A program made the position numbers and the translations under genes. Of a stretch of DNA of 64,000 bases, positions 1-11,589 are shown piece by piece (the first letter of the stretch is position 1; every line of letters begins with the position of its first letter). This DNA comes from Pelomyxa schiedti (lineage: Eukaryota; Protista; Evosea): the NCBI GenBank assembly GCA_020536535.1, contig JAHLWZ010000862.1, positions 1 through 64,000 of the forward strand, written 5' to 3'. Under the pieces are notes generated by a model. The model ran no database searches. It had not been told where the DNA came from and worked only from the letters and a program-made list of their open reading frames with translations.

Positions 1-156
1 CTTGATTCTAAAGAGCCTGGTGCTAAAATTGATGCGCATCTCCTTTTAGAACAATCCGTGTTGGAATGGCAGAAGCGCCGTGCAACTACCAAGGCGGTGT
101 CAAAGACAAGTGACGATCACGGTCACACAGAGGCAGATGACAGTGATGAGAGTTAA
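1..156 (+). CDS. 3' end of an upstream gene (partial, unknown product)
   Basis: Frame 1 is open from base 1 (LDSKEPGAKIDAHLLLEQSVLEWQKRR...EADDSDES) to TAA at 154-156, followed by A-rich UTR-like sequence. Confidence 0.55.
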   Translation, partial: LDSKEPGAKIDAHLLLEQSVLEWQKRRATTKAVSKTSDDHGHTEADDSDES

Positions 157-354
157 TACCACAACAAAGAAGGTAACAAATAACCTAACCAAACCAAACA
201 CTCGCTCATCCTTTTCAAAGAGGAAAAACAAATACGCCGAAGAAGAGCCCAACAAGTGACCATGCCTGTTGTAACTTGTATGTAACAAGAGAGGACCATA
301 CATTGAGACCCAAATGAAAAACAAACAAAGAAAAAACAAGTGATTATTATAATT

Positions 355-488
355 GGATGTGAGGGTAACACGAGGGCTAACTAAACATTTGGATTTAATT
401 ACCACGGAAAATCCCTGCCAGTAAATTTCACTGGGTATACCTCTCTATTGCCCTCAGTAACGAGGACAATAGGCTTTGAATTACCAGT
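355..488 (-). ncRNA. Candidate structured small RNA (orphan RNA A)
   Basis: Minus strand: 11-bp hairpin CUAUUGUCCUC/GAGGGCAAUAG (472-445), hairpins at 434-418 and 414-391, and an enclosing stem 445-435/371-361 followed by ACA. G-U pairs work only on the minus strand. TCCCACAA lies about 62 nt upstream. Confidence 0.55.
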
Positions 489-542
489 AATCCACTGGAT
501 GGCTCCGAAACAAAGCAAAGAACACCCCACCTCCCGAATTAC

Positions 543-550
543 TTGTGGGA
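543..550 (-). promoter_or_regulatory. DUSE-like element TCCCACAA
   Basis: Matches WCCCAYAA; spacing to the structured segment is like that of the U3 element. Confidence 0.5.
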
Positions 551-663
551 CAGGAATCTTCAGTGCCCCCCAGAAAGGGTTTTCCCGTAATTCATAACGT
601 GCAATCTTGAACTTACAGGAACGAGCACCAATTTGTAAGGCAGAACAAATTAATTAACAACTA

Positions 664-1990
664 ATGAAGCACGTGTGTCTGGGGTCGAGTGACGAGGCAT
701 TGGAAAAGCCTGATATTGTGACACTGAGTGAACAACTGAAGGAGAAAAACGCACGAGTCACAGTTGGTACTTTTGCTTCGTTCAGGTGAAAAACGAAAAG
801 TGATTTGACACTGAAACAGTGGATTGGAGAGACCAAGGGGTGGATTATACTCAATTTGACTGTGTGGTAATAAGAACTACATGGAACTACACAAGCTACA
901 TTGACGAGTTTGTTCAGTGGGTTAGACGGGTTTGTGAGGTAGGTATGCTGTTGTCCAGCCTCGATTATGGAAAAGTTTCGAGTTATTGATTCATCGTTAT
1001 TTTATAAAATGTAACAATTTTAAAAGAAAACGTGCCTACTCAACAGCATGGAAACTATACTTTGGAACATTGACAAAGTGTATCTGCGAGGTAGTATCGT
1101 TACTTCCCTTCAGAGTTTTCCCACTCTGTTTTAAGATTTGGCTGAGGAAGGTGTCTCTGTAGTTCCAACAGTTTGGATTGACAAAGGAAGTGTAAAACCA
1201 TTACACACTGTCTTTGAAGAACAAGGTAAGAACCAATTACTATATAAACCACGCACAACCTTATTACAAACTCCAAATGGGGGAATCCTAAAAGCAAAAA
1301 CACGAAGGATGGGACACAGTTGTAATTAAGCCCCGAATCAGTGCTGAAGGCTACAATACACATTGTATATCCACAGTTGATATGGCTTCTGGTGAGCAGA
1401 TTTTTTCCCAACTGGCAAGTTTACCTTCCATTTTTCAGGTCACGATACAAGCTAATACATTTTCGTACAGGTTTCGGAAAGAGATATGATGGTTCAACAG
1501 TTTATGGAAACGGTGAAAACTTGTGGTGAGCTTTCCTTAGTATTTATTGGGGGAAAATATTCGCACTCCCTGCGGAAAAGGGCTTCATCCAGTAAGCTCT
1601 ATCTCATTTTCGCTCCTTTGCTCACATTTGGCAGGTGATTTCAGAGTTCAAGAATCTCACGGCGGCTCAACAATTCTTGAACACAATCCACCTCAGTCTG
1701 CTGTAATTCAAGCACAGGAAATACTCAAGACTGCATGGAAAGTCGTAAACAGACGGGGAAATCCCCACAGTGGCAGGGCTCGAGGCACGTCGTTCCTGTA
1801 TGCCAGGGTAGACTTTTTAACAGCCTCCCAACGCCCAAGCACTGATTATGGGATGGAAGCTACCCCACCAACACAGTTCCTGCTGACTGAACTTGAACTT
1901 TTGGAGCCCAGTCTTTACCCCACAGAGTTCCCCCCTGTGGCCCAAAAACTGGCTGATGAGATTCTCACCATTCTGGGAGAATCTCCATGA
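664..1990 (+). CDS. Bacterial-type ATP-grasp ligase (RimK/glutathione synthetase-like, DcsG-like), multi-exon
   Basis: Spliced motifs DWRDQGVDYTQFDCVVIRTTWNY, WNIDKVYLRDLAEEGVSVVPT, LYARVD and LTELELLEPSLY. Confidence 0.8.
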
Positions 1991-2295
1991 TACAAACTAC
2001 CCAACAGTTGAATAAACTGAACGTCATACTCTCTCCCCAATGACTTAGTCCTAAAATTGTTTTGTTGATGAAGACCAGGAGCACACAGGAGATCGATTTT
2101 GGGTTTCCAACACTCGACACAGAAAATTAGAAAAAGAAACACAAGGATCACCCCCCTTTGGGCGAAATTTATCGACTACCTTGATTGACATGAAATCCGG
2201 CTTTCTTGTAATTGTGGTTTTTTTTAGCCTCATTTTTCCTTCAAACAAAAAAAACAAAATACAAGAAAAAACAAACAGCAAGAGGACGGCACGAG

Positions 2296-5271
2296 ATGGA
2301 CGGTGGTGGTACGTAAAATCGGGTCGTTCTTACGGGCGATGCCCCCAGATCTGTGCACTTACGCTCGTTTTTCTCAATAGATTGCGATGAAAGTCAGTCG
2401 AAGCGCCACCGCCATCGACACACAAAGACAGAAGAGATGGAAGATCTACAACCCTCAGAGTCTCCCCTTCTTCTGGTCTCAGAGGAGGAGCCGCCTAATT
2501 CGTCGCGTTCCCGCAGGCACAAACATAAACACAAAGAAGAGGAGCAGCAAGAGCAACAGGTGCAAGAACAGCCACAACCTACAGAAACGCCTGCTCCTGA
2601 GGAACAGGCTGAGGTTGAAGATCCTCCGTTGACATCGCGTGAGAGGAGGCACAGAAGGAAGGCGGAAGCCCTGCAGATGGAACAACAACTTTTACTGCAG
2701 CAGCAAATAGAACAGGAGGAACTACAGCGAAAAGCAGAACAAGAAGCTTTGGAGCGGAAGGAGAGACACCGCAGAAGGCACCAGCGCAAAGAATCAGAAG
2801 CTCAGGCTCAAGCAGAAGCAGAAGCCGAGGCTAGAGCTCAGGCAGAAGCGGAGGAAAAAGCCAAGGCAGAGGCAGAGGCAAAAGCTAAGGCAGAAGCTGA
2901 GGAAAAAGCAAGGGAAGAAGCTGAGGCCGAGGCCCGAGCTAAAGCAAAAGCAGAAGCAAAGGCGGCAAGAGCTAAGGCGAAGGCCGAAGCGGAAGCCGCA
3001 GAATTAGCTCGAATTGAAGCAGAGGCTAAGGCCAAGGCAAAAGCAGAAGCTGAAGAGCAGGCCAGGGCTGAAGCAGAGAAAGAAAAAGCCCTGAAACTCA
3101 AACTCGAAGAAGAAGCAAAAAGTAAACATAAGCATCACAGAGATCCGACACCAGAAAACAGTGAATCTGAGGGAGAGGACGCACATAACACCTCATCTCC
3201 TGAAAGTTCTGATCAAGACCAAGAAAGCGAAAGCGAAAGCAAAAGTGAAAGCGAAAGTGAAGAAAAGGAAACAAAGCATGCCACAACTGTAGTTACAAAG
3301 GCAAAAACCGAGACAAAAACCAATAAAAAAGTAACTACCTCGAAAGCAAAGGATCCCTTGGCACCACTAAGTATAATGTCCCACTTTTACCGTGTATCCT
3401 AAGTGCCTTATAGAGTTAAAAAGAAGAAACTCTTTGACACATGTAATACTACCTTCGGATGAAAATACATCCTAATTTGTTTCAGTTAACAGCTGATCGA
3501 CCAAATGCCCCCCATAACTATAGGCTTACGAGCTTCCGTACATTGCGAATTCCAAATCCCGACACATTAGACGCCAAAGTATTTTATCAATTGGGGAACC
3601 CAGTAGGAACTAAATAAACAAAAAAGATGCGGCATGTAATTGAAATCGAAGATGAGGAGGTGCCAACTTTCCATGGAAGACCAAGAGCTGCATCTTTCCA
3701 ACCCAATTGTACTCAAATTCTTTTATAAACTGCTAGCTTATTGCCTATAGTTGGCACTCAGATAGCCTCTATGTTCAATGCGCCAGGTAATTACAATTGA
3801 TACAAATACAACAGTCTCAGAAATAATTGGGTACCTGATAGGGGGTCGTATGTTACCAGTCTTACCTCTTGATCCTCGTGCCAATAGAGGAAGTGTACCA
3901 CCTAACAAACTCAGTATTGATCTAACAGTTTTCCCGTTTAATCAACCTCTGCAGATCTTACCTCGCTCCAATCTACAACCTCCAAATCCCTTCCATTGGT
4001 AAAACAAACGGATTCGCCGGCCAAACCAGAACCTCCCGCGAAACCTTCTTTTGTTTTGCCCTCCAAAGTCAAAACTGCTGACACCACTACATCTCCTAGT
4101 AAACCTCTTCCAGTCATACCCGGAAAGACTAGCCCAACTCCAACTACTGTGAAGGGCACGCCTACGCCACAAAATCCTACTCCAAGTGTCATTACAACGA
4201 AACCTGATGCACTAAAGCACAAAGGTACTTTTTTATTGCTGTAATAAGGGACTCAACCATTGTCATTAGAACCCGAATCTCCAGCTAAAACTGGTAACAC
4301 AAAAATAGAATTTCCATTCTCTAACAACAGTGTCACTTGCAGAAGCCCCAATCTCGAAGCCACTCCCATCTCCTGTAGGGAAACCTACACCTGTCAAGTC
4401 AGCTCTAACGATTTCTACTCCAAGTACTCCCACCCCGCCACCCCAACCGCAGGCGCAAGAACAACCCCAAACAAAAGTGGAACCAAAGCCTCTCAGTCCA
4501 GCATCGAAACCTTCCCCAATGCCATCTACCTCAGTGACACCCACAGTAATAGCAACCAATAATCTAAGGAGAAGACCTGTCTCAGTTGCTATAACTCCTT
4601 TGAATCCTTCAGCGTCGGAAACTTCAATAACGTTCCAACTCCGGAAGGTAACACCATTATCGCCAGCATCACCGGCGACACCAGCAACACCAGTGCAAAA
4701 TAAAACGGCGACACCAGCAACACCAGTGCAAAACAAAACGGCAACGCCAACCACAGCAGTGGCACCTCCAGCGAATAAAGTTACAACCTCTGGTAACTCC
4801 ACAACACCACCCACACCAACAACCCCAATTTCAACTACGCCGCCGTCCTCTACCACACCACCACCCATTTCACCATTGACATCTTCCGCATCAACCACAC
4901 CACAGCAGAGGAAACCTACTGTTGTCAATGATGCTGTAGCCCAGAAAAAGCCCACCCCTACAACACCACTCAATACCTCAGCCAGTTCAAATGCATCGTC
5001 TCCTTCCAGCACTCTGGCTACGTCGGGCGCCTCTGCATCACCGGGAGGTATAACTCCCATTCTCAATTAGTCCTGAATAATTCACTCGTTCATACAGGCT
5101 TTCCTCTGCGAAAAGCGGGGCCCCGTCCCGAACCCCCAAAAGGTATCATCCCCTTTTACTTCAGGACACTTTCACATCCCCATTTCTTATCTTTGCCCAG
5201 TTCCCGAAGGTGGCCCTGTTCAAATGGACTTCCGGAATGTTCTTAGAAAGGCACCTGCGGCCAAGTCATAG
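2296..5271 (+). CDS. Large low-complexity protein: E/A/K-rich helical region, Pro/Thr-rich region, C-terminal QMDFRNVLRK motif
   Basis: ATG at 2296 splices into ORF 2381-3402. ORFs 3996-4244 and 4330-5070 follow. The last exon ends VQMDFRNVLRKAPAAKS* at 5271. The middle exons are unresolved and this could be two genes. Confidence 0.6.
4673..4742 (+). repeat. 33-bp coding tandem duplication (ATPATPVQNKT x2)
   Basis: cggcgacaccagcaacaccagtgcaaaa(t/c)aaaa occurs twice in tandem. Confidence 0.9.
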
Positions 5272-5426
5272 CATTGTTTTTATGGTTCGTTTCTTTCTGT
5301 TGATGATGCAGCAGTCAGTTCAACAAAAAGGAACGAATGTAATTTAAAAGAACAAGTTTTTTTTTTTTTTTAAATTGAGTAGACTTTGTCCTGCTGGGTG
5401 GCAAATATCTGCCCTTCTGTTTGTGT

Positions 5427-7500
5427 TTATGTTGAAGTTTCTTTCTGTGTGGGTTGTGCTTGTGCAGTGAGAAGGGCATTCAATTCTATCAAAGTGGGGG
5501 AATCCAGCAGGGCAAATGTGTTGATGTCGAGTGTGCATGGGGCACCATTGTGGGAATGTTGAGTGAGGAGGTTGAGGTGTGGGTGGTTTCTGTGAAGAAC
5601 TTGAACGATGCTTCCAAGGGCTTGAGGCGACGGAGAGTGCCGGAAGAATTCCACAAGAGCGGATGTAATTCTGGCCCTGTCAGGTTCTTGTTCTGGGGGG
5701 ATTGGGTGAGGCCCGGCTTGTTGGGATTCTGCACCATTATTAGGTAATTCGGCGTGGAATAGTCCTCCTGTGGTGTGGAATTGCTTGTGGATTTGTGTTG
5801 CTAAGGTAATCTGTTGGTGATTGCGTGAAGCACAGAGAAGCACAGTGTACTTGTCGGCTTGGAGGCTCAATTTTGTGCTGGTCGATAGAGAACGAGCCCC
5901 AGTCTTCCTCCGGAGTGTCGATGTATCCATCACAACGGGTGAATTTTGGGCCAAGGATTCGGAAGAAGGACCGTGTATTTGCCGGGATTCGGTCATGTGA
6001 CCAGAGACAGGAAAGGCTCTGCTCAGTTTACTCTCAAGTAACACTGACATTTTCTCTGCCACTATATGAACTATGTGCCCCACTGGGTTGTACAGCATGG
6101 CGTTGGTAAAAATAAGCCTCATATCTGATGCGAAATCCAGGCAAGTTTTGTAGTGGTACCGGTTTGCTAAGTTGTCTTGCACAGTGCTCAAATCCATTGG
6201 CACTTTGATTATAGAATGATAGTCGGGAATATTTAAGGCAACATCATCAACTGGATAGCGGAAGAATGATGAATCTTTGTGCCTGAAGATGGCATTTACT
6301 ATACGGATGCATTTACGGTAGTCATCTTCGTTCATTACATAGTCACTGAGCTGGGAAAACAATTAAAAAAGGCAATCGGACAGATTTCTCATACACTTGA
6401 CTCAGAGGGCTCTTTTTTCCTCCGTTTGTGAACAGAATTGGTTTTGGTCCTCAGGGCAAATCTCTTTTGGGGCAATTGTGGTTCCGTTTTTCTGGTAGAG
6501 TATCTCTTTTGGACATCCTCACATGAGACCTGAGAGTCCTCACTGTCAAATTCCAGGTCATCTTCTGAGTCAGACTTGTATATATATTCCCCATCTTTAT
6601 CGCTTGGGCTGGCTTTCTTATACTTCCGTTTGGGAACACTTTTACTATTGCCATGTCTTTGTACTGTTGCTTTTGGGAAGATGGCACTCAGTTCCTCAGT
6701 TCCCGCTTCCCCACTTTGGGCTTGAGGGAAAAGTGTGGCTTGTTCTGGCAGTAACAGACTGGACACCATTCCAGGTGGGGTTGAGGGCTCTACCAATGGC
6801 GGGGTTGGGGATGGTGCTGGTGGGGCAGTGAGAAACGGGGATGGATGTGGGGCTCCCCTGGGGAATACTTCGGGAGAACACTCAATAATGTTTGAATTTG
6901 GGGCATTTTCATTCTGTGATGTGCTCAGGGGGTGGAGCATAAGGTGTACATCTTTTGTAATTGAAAACCAAAAATTGTCAAAACCCAATGTACCTGTGGC
7001 CTGTGAAGTAATCAATGAGATAGGAAGTTGTGGTTGTAGCACAGGTTCTGCGCCACTTTTTTCAGTTCCTGCTAAAATGTAAGTGAGTGCCTTTTCAAAA
7101 ACCTCTTGTGAAAGCTTCAAAATTAACTACTATTAATGCGACAAAATAAGAATTCTAACTGTCTAATTTGTAAAATGGTACTTTGCAGTGTCTCTGTAGT
7201 CGATATGGTACTCTCGCATCCCACAACTCCCGTATCTTCGAGGGAAACAGCGGCAATAACATTGTTTCGTGGCTCCTCGCACTCGGTGGGCGATGCAATT
7301 GTGGGAGGAGACTCAACACCGCACAAAGGAAGGGGAGTCGATGACGTCAGCTGAGTGCCGTCGCCACCAGATTGCAGAGACTGGGACGCGGGGCTCGGGC
7401 TGGGACACCCGTGTCCCTGTGCCCCGACCTCCGGAGGGTTTCGACTTGCATTTTGTTTTCTACGCCGCGACCACGGGATAGCATGCCGTCGCGGCGCCAA
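5427..7500 (-). CDS. Single-bromodomain + ET-domain protein (BET/GTE-like); start codon unresolved
   Basis: FFRYPVD...IPDYHSIIKVPMDLSTV...FASDMRLIFTNAMLYNP bromodomain with the conserved Asn. ET-like C-terminus (LGSIVQVL...LDINTFALLDSPTLIELNALL). Upstream same-strand ORFs 7120-6389 and 7500-7123. Confidence 0.8.
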
Positions 7501-7643
7501 GTTGGTGTCGGCGGGTGTGGGGTTCGTTGTTGCGGGTTGGAGTTGAAATCTGTTGATGATGATTTTTTATGTTTGTGATCTTTCGCCCCCGGATCGGAGG
7601 AGATCTGGAAGAATAAAAAGAAAAAGGGCGGCTCGTAGTTGAG

Positions 7644-10600
7644 ATGGCGTCCAACGCAGCGGCGACGGGATCTGCGGCCAGTGCACTTAGTGCGTCTAGT
7701 GGATCTGCGACATCCAAACAGAAAACGCCGTTGCCGAGAAACGAGAAGCTTATCGCTGGTACGAAGGTTTCTTTTTTTCCCCCGCTGGCCAAGTGGTGTG
7801 ACACGTTCACAGATTTTGCATGTGGCTGGCTGAAATCCGGAAAATTGAGCCAAGGTCGAATCTACATCTCCTCCAATTACGTGTCTTTCCAGGCATCTGT
7901 GTTTGGAGCTGTATGCAGCTACTTTTTGTAACTTATTTGGTGGGAAGCTTGGTGGCAGTGGTTCTGATAAGCAAATAGAACTTGCTGATAAACACGAAAG
8001 ACATTATTGCCATTGAAAAGCGAAACACAGCGCTAGTATTCCCAAACGCCATTGAAATATCCACCAAAGACCAGAAATACTTCTTTTCTTCATTCCTACA
8101 AAGGAATAATGCCTACAGCGTTTTGAAGAAAGTTTCTTTTGTATGTGCTTTTCATTTATGTTCCTGCTATAATTTTACCCTTTCTAGGGAGAGGACTCTT
8201 CTGAAAGTTCTTCAGAATCGCCATCAGAATCGGACTCTGACTCCTTTTCTGATGAGGTACTTAGTCACTATACTTCTTTTTTTGTAATACCTTCCAGGAA
8301 CGCAAACAACCAACTCCTGCAACGGCACAACCGCCTACGCCTGCACCTATACCCACACCAACAGCAACACCGACTGCAGTTATCAATGACACCGCCACTC
8401 AACTGGTAACTATCCTACTTTTATATGACTGTGTAGTAATAAGCACTTATGTTCTAATAATTCTTTGGCTAAAACAGAAACATCAAAACTCGGGAATCGA
8501 GATTCCCTCATCACAGATATCGTCTATTCCACCAGCAATTTCCACAACTCCTCCAATAAATGCCTCAGTAGCCAAGCCACCATCGACACCGCAACGCAGT
8601 TTATCATCTTCTTTTTCTCTGAATTCGATTTTCGACACATTTTCATCTCTGCATGGTTCCTTCCCCTACATTTCTAATACTGAATCTCTAATATCCTTAC
8701 CTAATAGAGCCTGCATCATCAACAGCATCGGGTCTGTCGACTACACCACCAATCGGTCCAGTTGTGACATCAAATTCTACATTGAAAAAGTGTCTTGGCG
8801 TGCCAGCCCCTATTTCAACCCCAGCCCTCCCAGCCGCACCACTACAAGAACCTGTTTTAACCTCACCAAGAAACAGTTCGGTCGTACCACCAATTTCAAC
8901 ACAAAATTCCGTTTGTAACACAACACCACCTACCACACCAAGTGCTACACCCGTGCATTCCCCTCGTCTTAGCCCTTCATCTCCACAAAAAACACCAAAA
9001 TCCACAGAACAATCAGACTTGAATACCACGCACCCAGAAGAACCCCAGTCGAATTGCATAACTTTGGACCCTCTCCCAACGGGTACCCTCACTCAAGAGA
9101 TTACAGTCTTCTCTGCTATCTCACTTGATACAACAACAAATTCAACACCCACAGCAATATCTGCGGTTGCTCCCGAAAATCTACCTGTAAGTGAAACCAC
9201 AACAGCAGATCTCTGTTCATTAGACGTTACAAAGAATGCCGATACTCTCGTCGAGCATCAAAAAGAAGACGAGCCCGTTCCTATACTAACACCACCTTTT
9301 TCACCCAATTGCTTAGCACCAACACCCCAAGACATTGACCACCTTCTTGCCTTACCTTCTACCCCAACTCACTTACCTGCCACTCCAAGCCAGATTCCAA
9401 CTTTTGTAGAGAATCCACCCCCACCTCCACCACCTAAAGATGACACTCCTCATGCAGATCCTGATGTGTCACCGTTACACTCGTTCTTCTCCACTTTACG
9501 TGTTCACAGGCGCTGTTTTTCTGATAATCCCATATCCCCCCCTCTCCGGCAGACTCCATCACAGCCACCGACGCTTCCTCGTTCACACAGTCAAACTCCC
9601 CCATGCTCACCACGTAGTTCTTCACATAGGCCTCTTGCTGGTCTCCACACCCAACTTCAAGTAACTACAAAGATAGAAGGCAACAGTGCCTGCTGTACCC
9701 CAGCACTCAGTGATCAACAAGAGACACCCAATATCAGACAAGTTAATGTAAATGATATACAGCCAACCCCAGAACCAGTAGTAGTATCCACACTAGACAC
9801 TCACCCTTCCTACGTCGAATGCTGCTCTCAAATAGCTCAGAAAGCAGTTGCACCTGAGGTAACTCCATCGATAAAAATCGTTGAAAATGGAGAAGAAGAA
9901 GAAGTGGAGGAATTTGATGTTGTGCACTACCGGCAGAAGCACAAGAAGAGGTTCAGGCATACACACAATGACCCTGATGAAGTTCCTGGCGATTCTATTC
10001 ATTTAGCCCTTCCCGTCCCTCATTTCATTCGGCAACGCTGCCGCAGACGTAAAATGGGTATATGTAATGTTGTATCTCTACCTAGTGCCACAACCACAGC
10101 CGCAGCCCCCACAACTACAACAACAACAACCACCACTACTACAACTACAACCACTAGTACAACACAAGTTCCGGTGGGCAGGATAATTGCACCACTTATC
10201 TGTGGGCAGTGCAAACCCTCTATACATGTTAAAGCTTCCATTGGACAAATAAGCACAAGTTGGATTTTTACTGCTGTATTCTGTGTTGTGTTTTTATCAG
10301 GCCTGCTATACTTACATGATCAAGTACCCTTTGCATCACATGACAAGCTTCTCACTACCCCTCCACAGGTTAATTACCATGACAAACAGATTGCTAGAAT
10401 GACTCTCAACATGGTACGAAGAAGTGACGACCTTTCCACACTGGGGGCGTTCTCTGTGGCATTTCAAACCAACTCCTCCTGGCACTCCAGATGGTATCAA
10501 TTCCGGGACTGGAACAACCGGCTAGAACAGGTAATACAAGCCGCGTACCTCCTGACGTGCTTACCCAAATTCAATTCCCTGTAGGTTTACGAATCCCTCC

Positions 10601-10827
10601 AAAACACAGAAAACAAAGTCAACCAGCTCAATAGCGAACTGGTTCAAAGTGACACATTCTCTGAACTCGTTCGCGGCCTCTCGCCTCCACCGGCTGCCGG
10701 CCGCGGACACACACGGCCGGTTGTTGTATCTGCCAACTATGGCTGGAGTACCCTCTCATTGGGCATTATAGCACTAGGAACTGGCCTGCTAGTCTACTTT
10801 TTACTGCAAAACAAAAACACTGTTTGA
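7644..10827 (+). CDS. GRAM-domain membrane protein with a long Pro/Ser/Thr linker and two hydrophobic segments
   Basis: GRAM motifs FACGW...QGRIYISSNYVSFQA and IEKRNTALVFPNAIEIST...YFFSSF. Hydrophobic segments WIFTAVFCVVFLSGLLYL and LSLGIIALGTGLLVYFLL. TGA at 10825-10827. Confidence 0.8.
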
Positions 10828-11589
10828 TGGGTGAAACAATTTTGAAAAAAAAGAAACCAACAACATGTAGCGTGGGAATAAACAGCATAGTTTTTGATAT
10901 TCTCTTGACTATTTGCTTTACGGAAGATGCAATGTAATTGGGCAGAGTTTGTGTGTTGCTTTGTTTCTTCATTGGGATCGGCTGCCAGACTGGACTGCGG
11001 AAATATCTTTGTCTCTTTACATCAGGCCACTGGGCATTGTTCTATTCTAGTGCTTCCTGGCTAACAAAGCTTGGAATTCTCGAATACAGGTTTTTCCCCG
11101 CTCGGCCGCTGTTGGTGGGGGGAGGGGGAGGGTAAGAGTGAGAGGTGAGAGGTCACAACAGTCTCGCAAGTAGAAGCTTCCCACGTTTTGTATGGGGTTT
11201 TTTGGGTTGGTTATTTGTTGATTTGTTTGTTTGTTTGTTTTGAGCAAGGGAGGAAATGTAGACCAGCATGTTGTTCCTCAGACAGTCCCTGTATTGTCGT
11301 TTTCTCATTTAGTACATCAGTGTCAACTTGGAGCAGATCCGAATCAGTTTCTGTGGGGGAGGAGCGAACGCATCGTGCGTCCTTGTCAATTCATACTCTC
11401 AACTGTTATTGTAATATATATGTGTAGGTGTTCAGTTCCCTCTCGACCTGTGTCTAGTGTTTTCTGTGACACTTGATCTTCCTTCATTCCAGCTTCTGGG
11501 CATTTAAATGTGCACAGAGGGTAAATCCGTTTAGATTAGTGTGCTTAACTTTGTAGGTTTTATTGTTGTTTTGTATATACCCATAGATT

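Noticed and set aside
100-640. Minus-strand protein gene (RYELRENPFWGALKIPVPQ / WITGNSKP...)
   Set aside because: No in-frame ATG or splice acceptor before an upstream stop, and no recognisable motif. Strand-specific RNA structure explains the region better.
2030-2130. Possible Sm-class snRNA on the minus strand (AAUUUUAGG plus hairpin)
   Set aside because: No diagnostic U1/U2/U4/U5 motifs, no correctly spaced DUSE, and weak stems.
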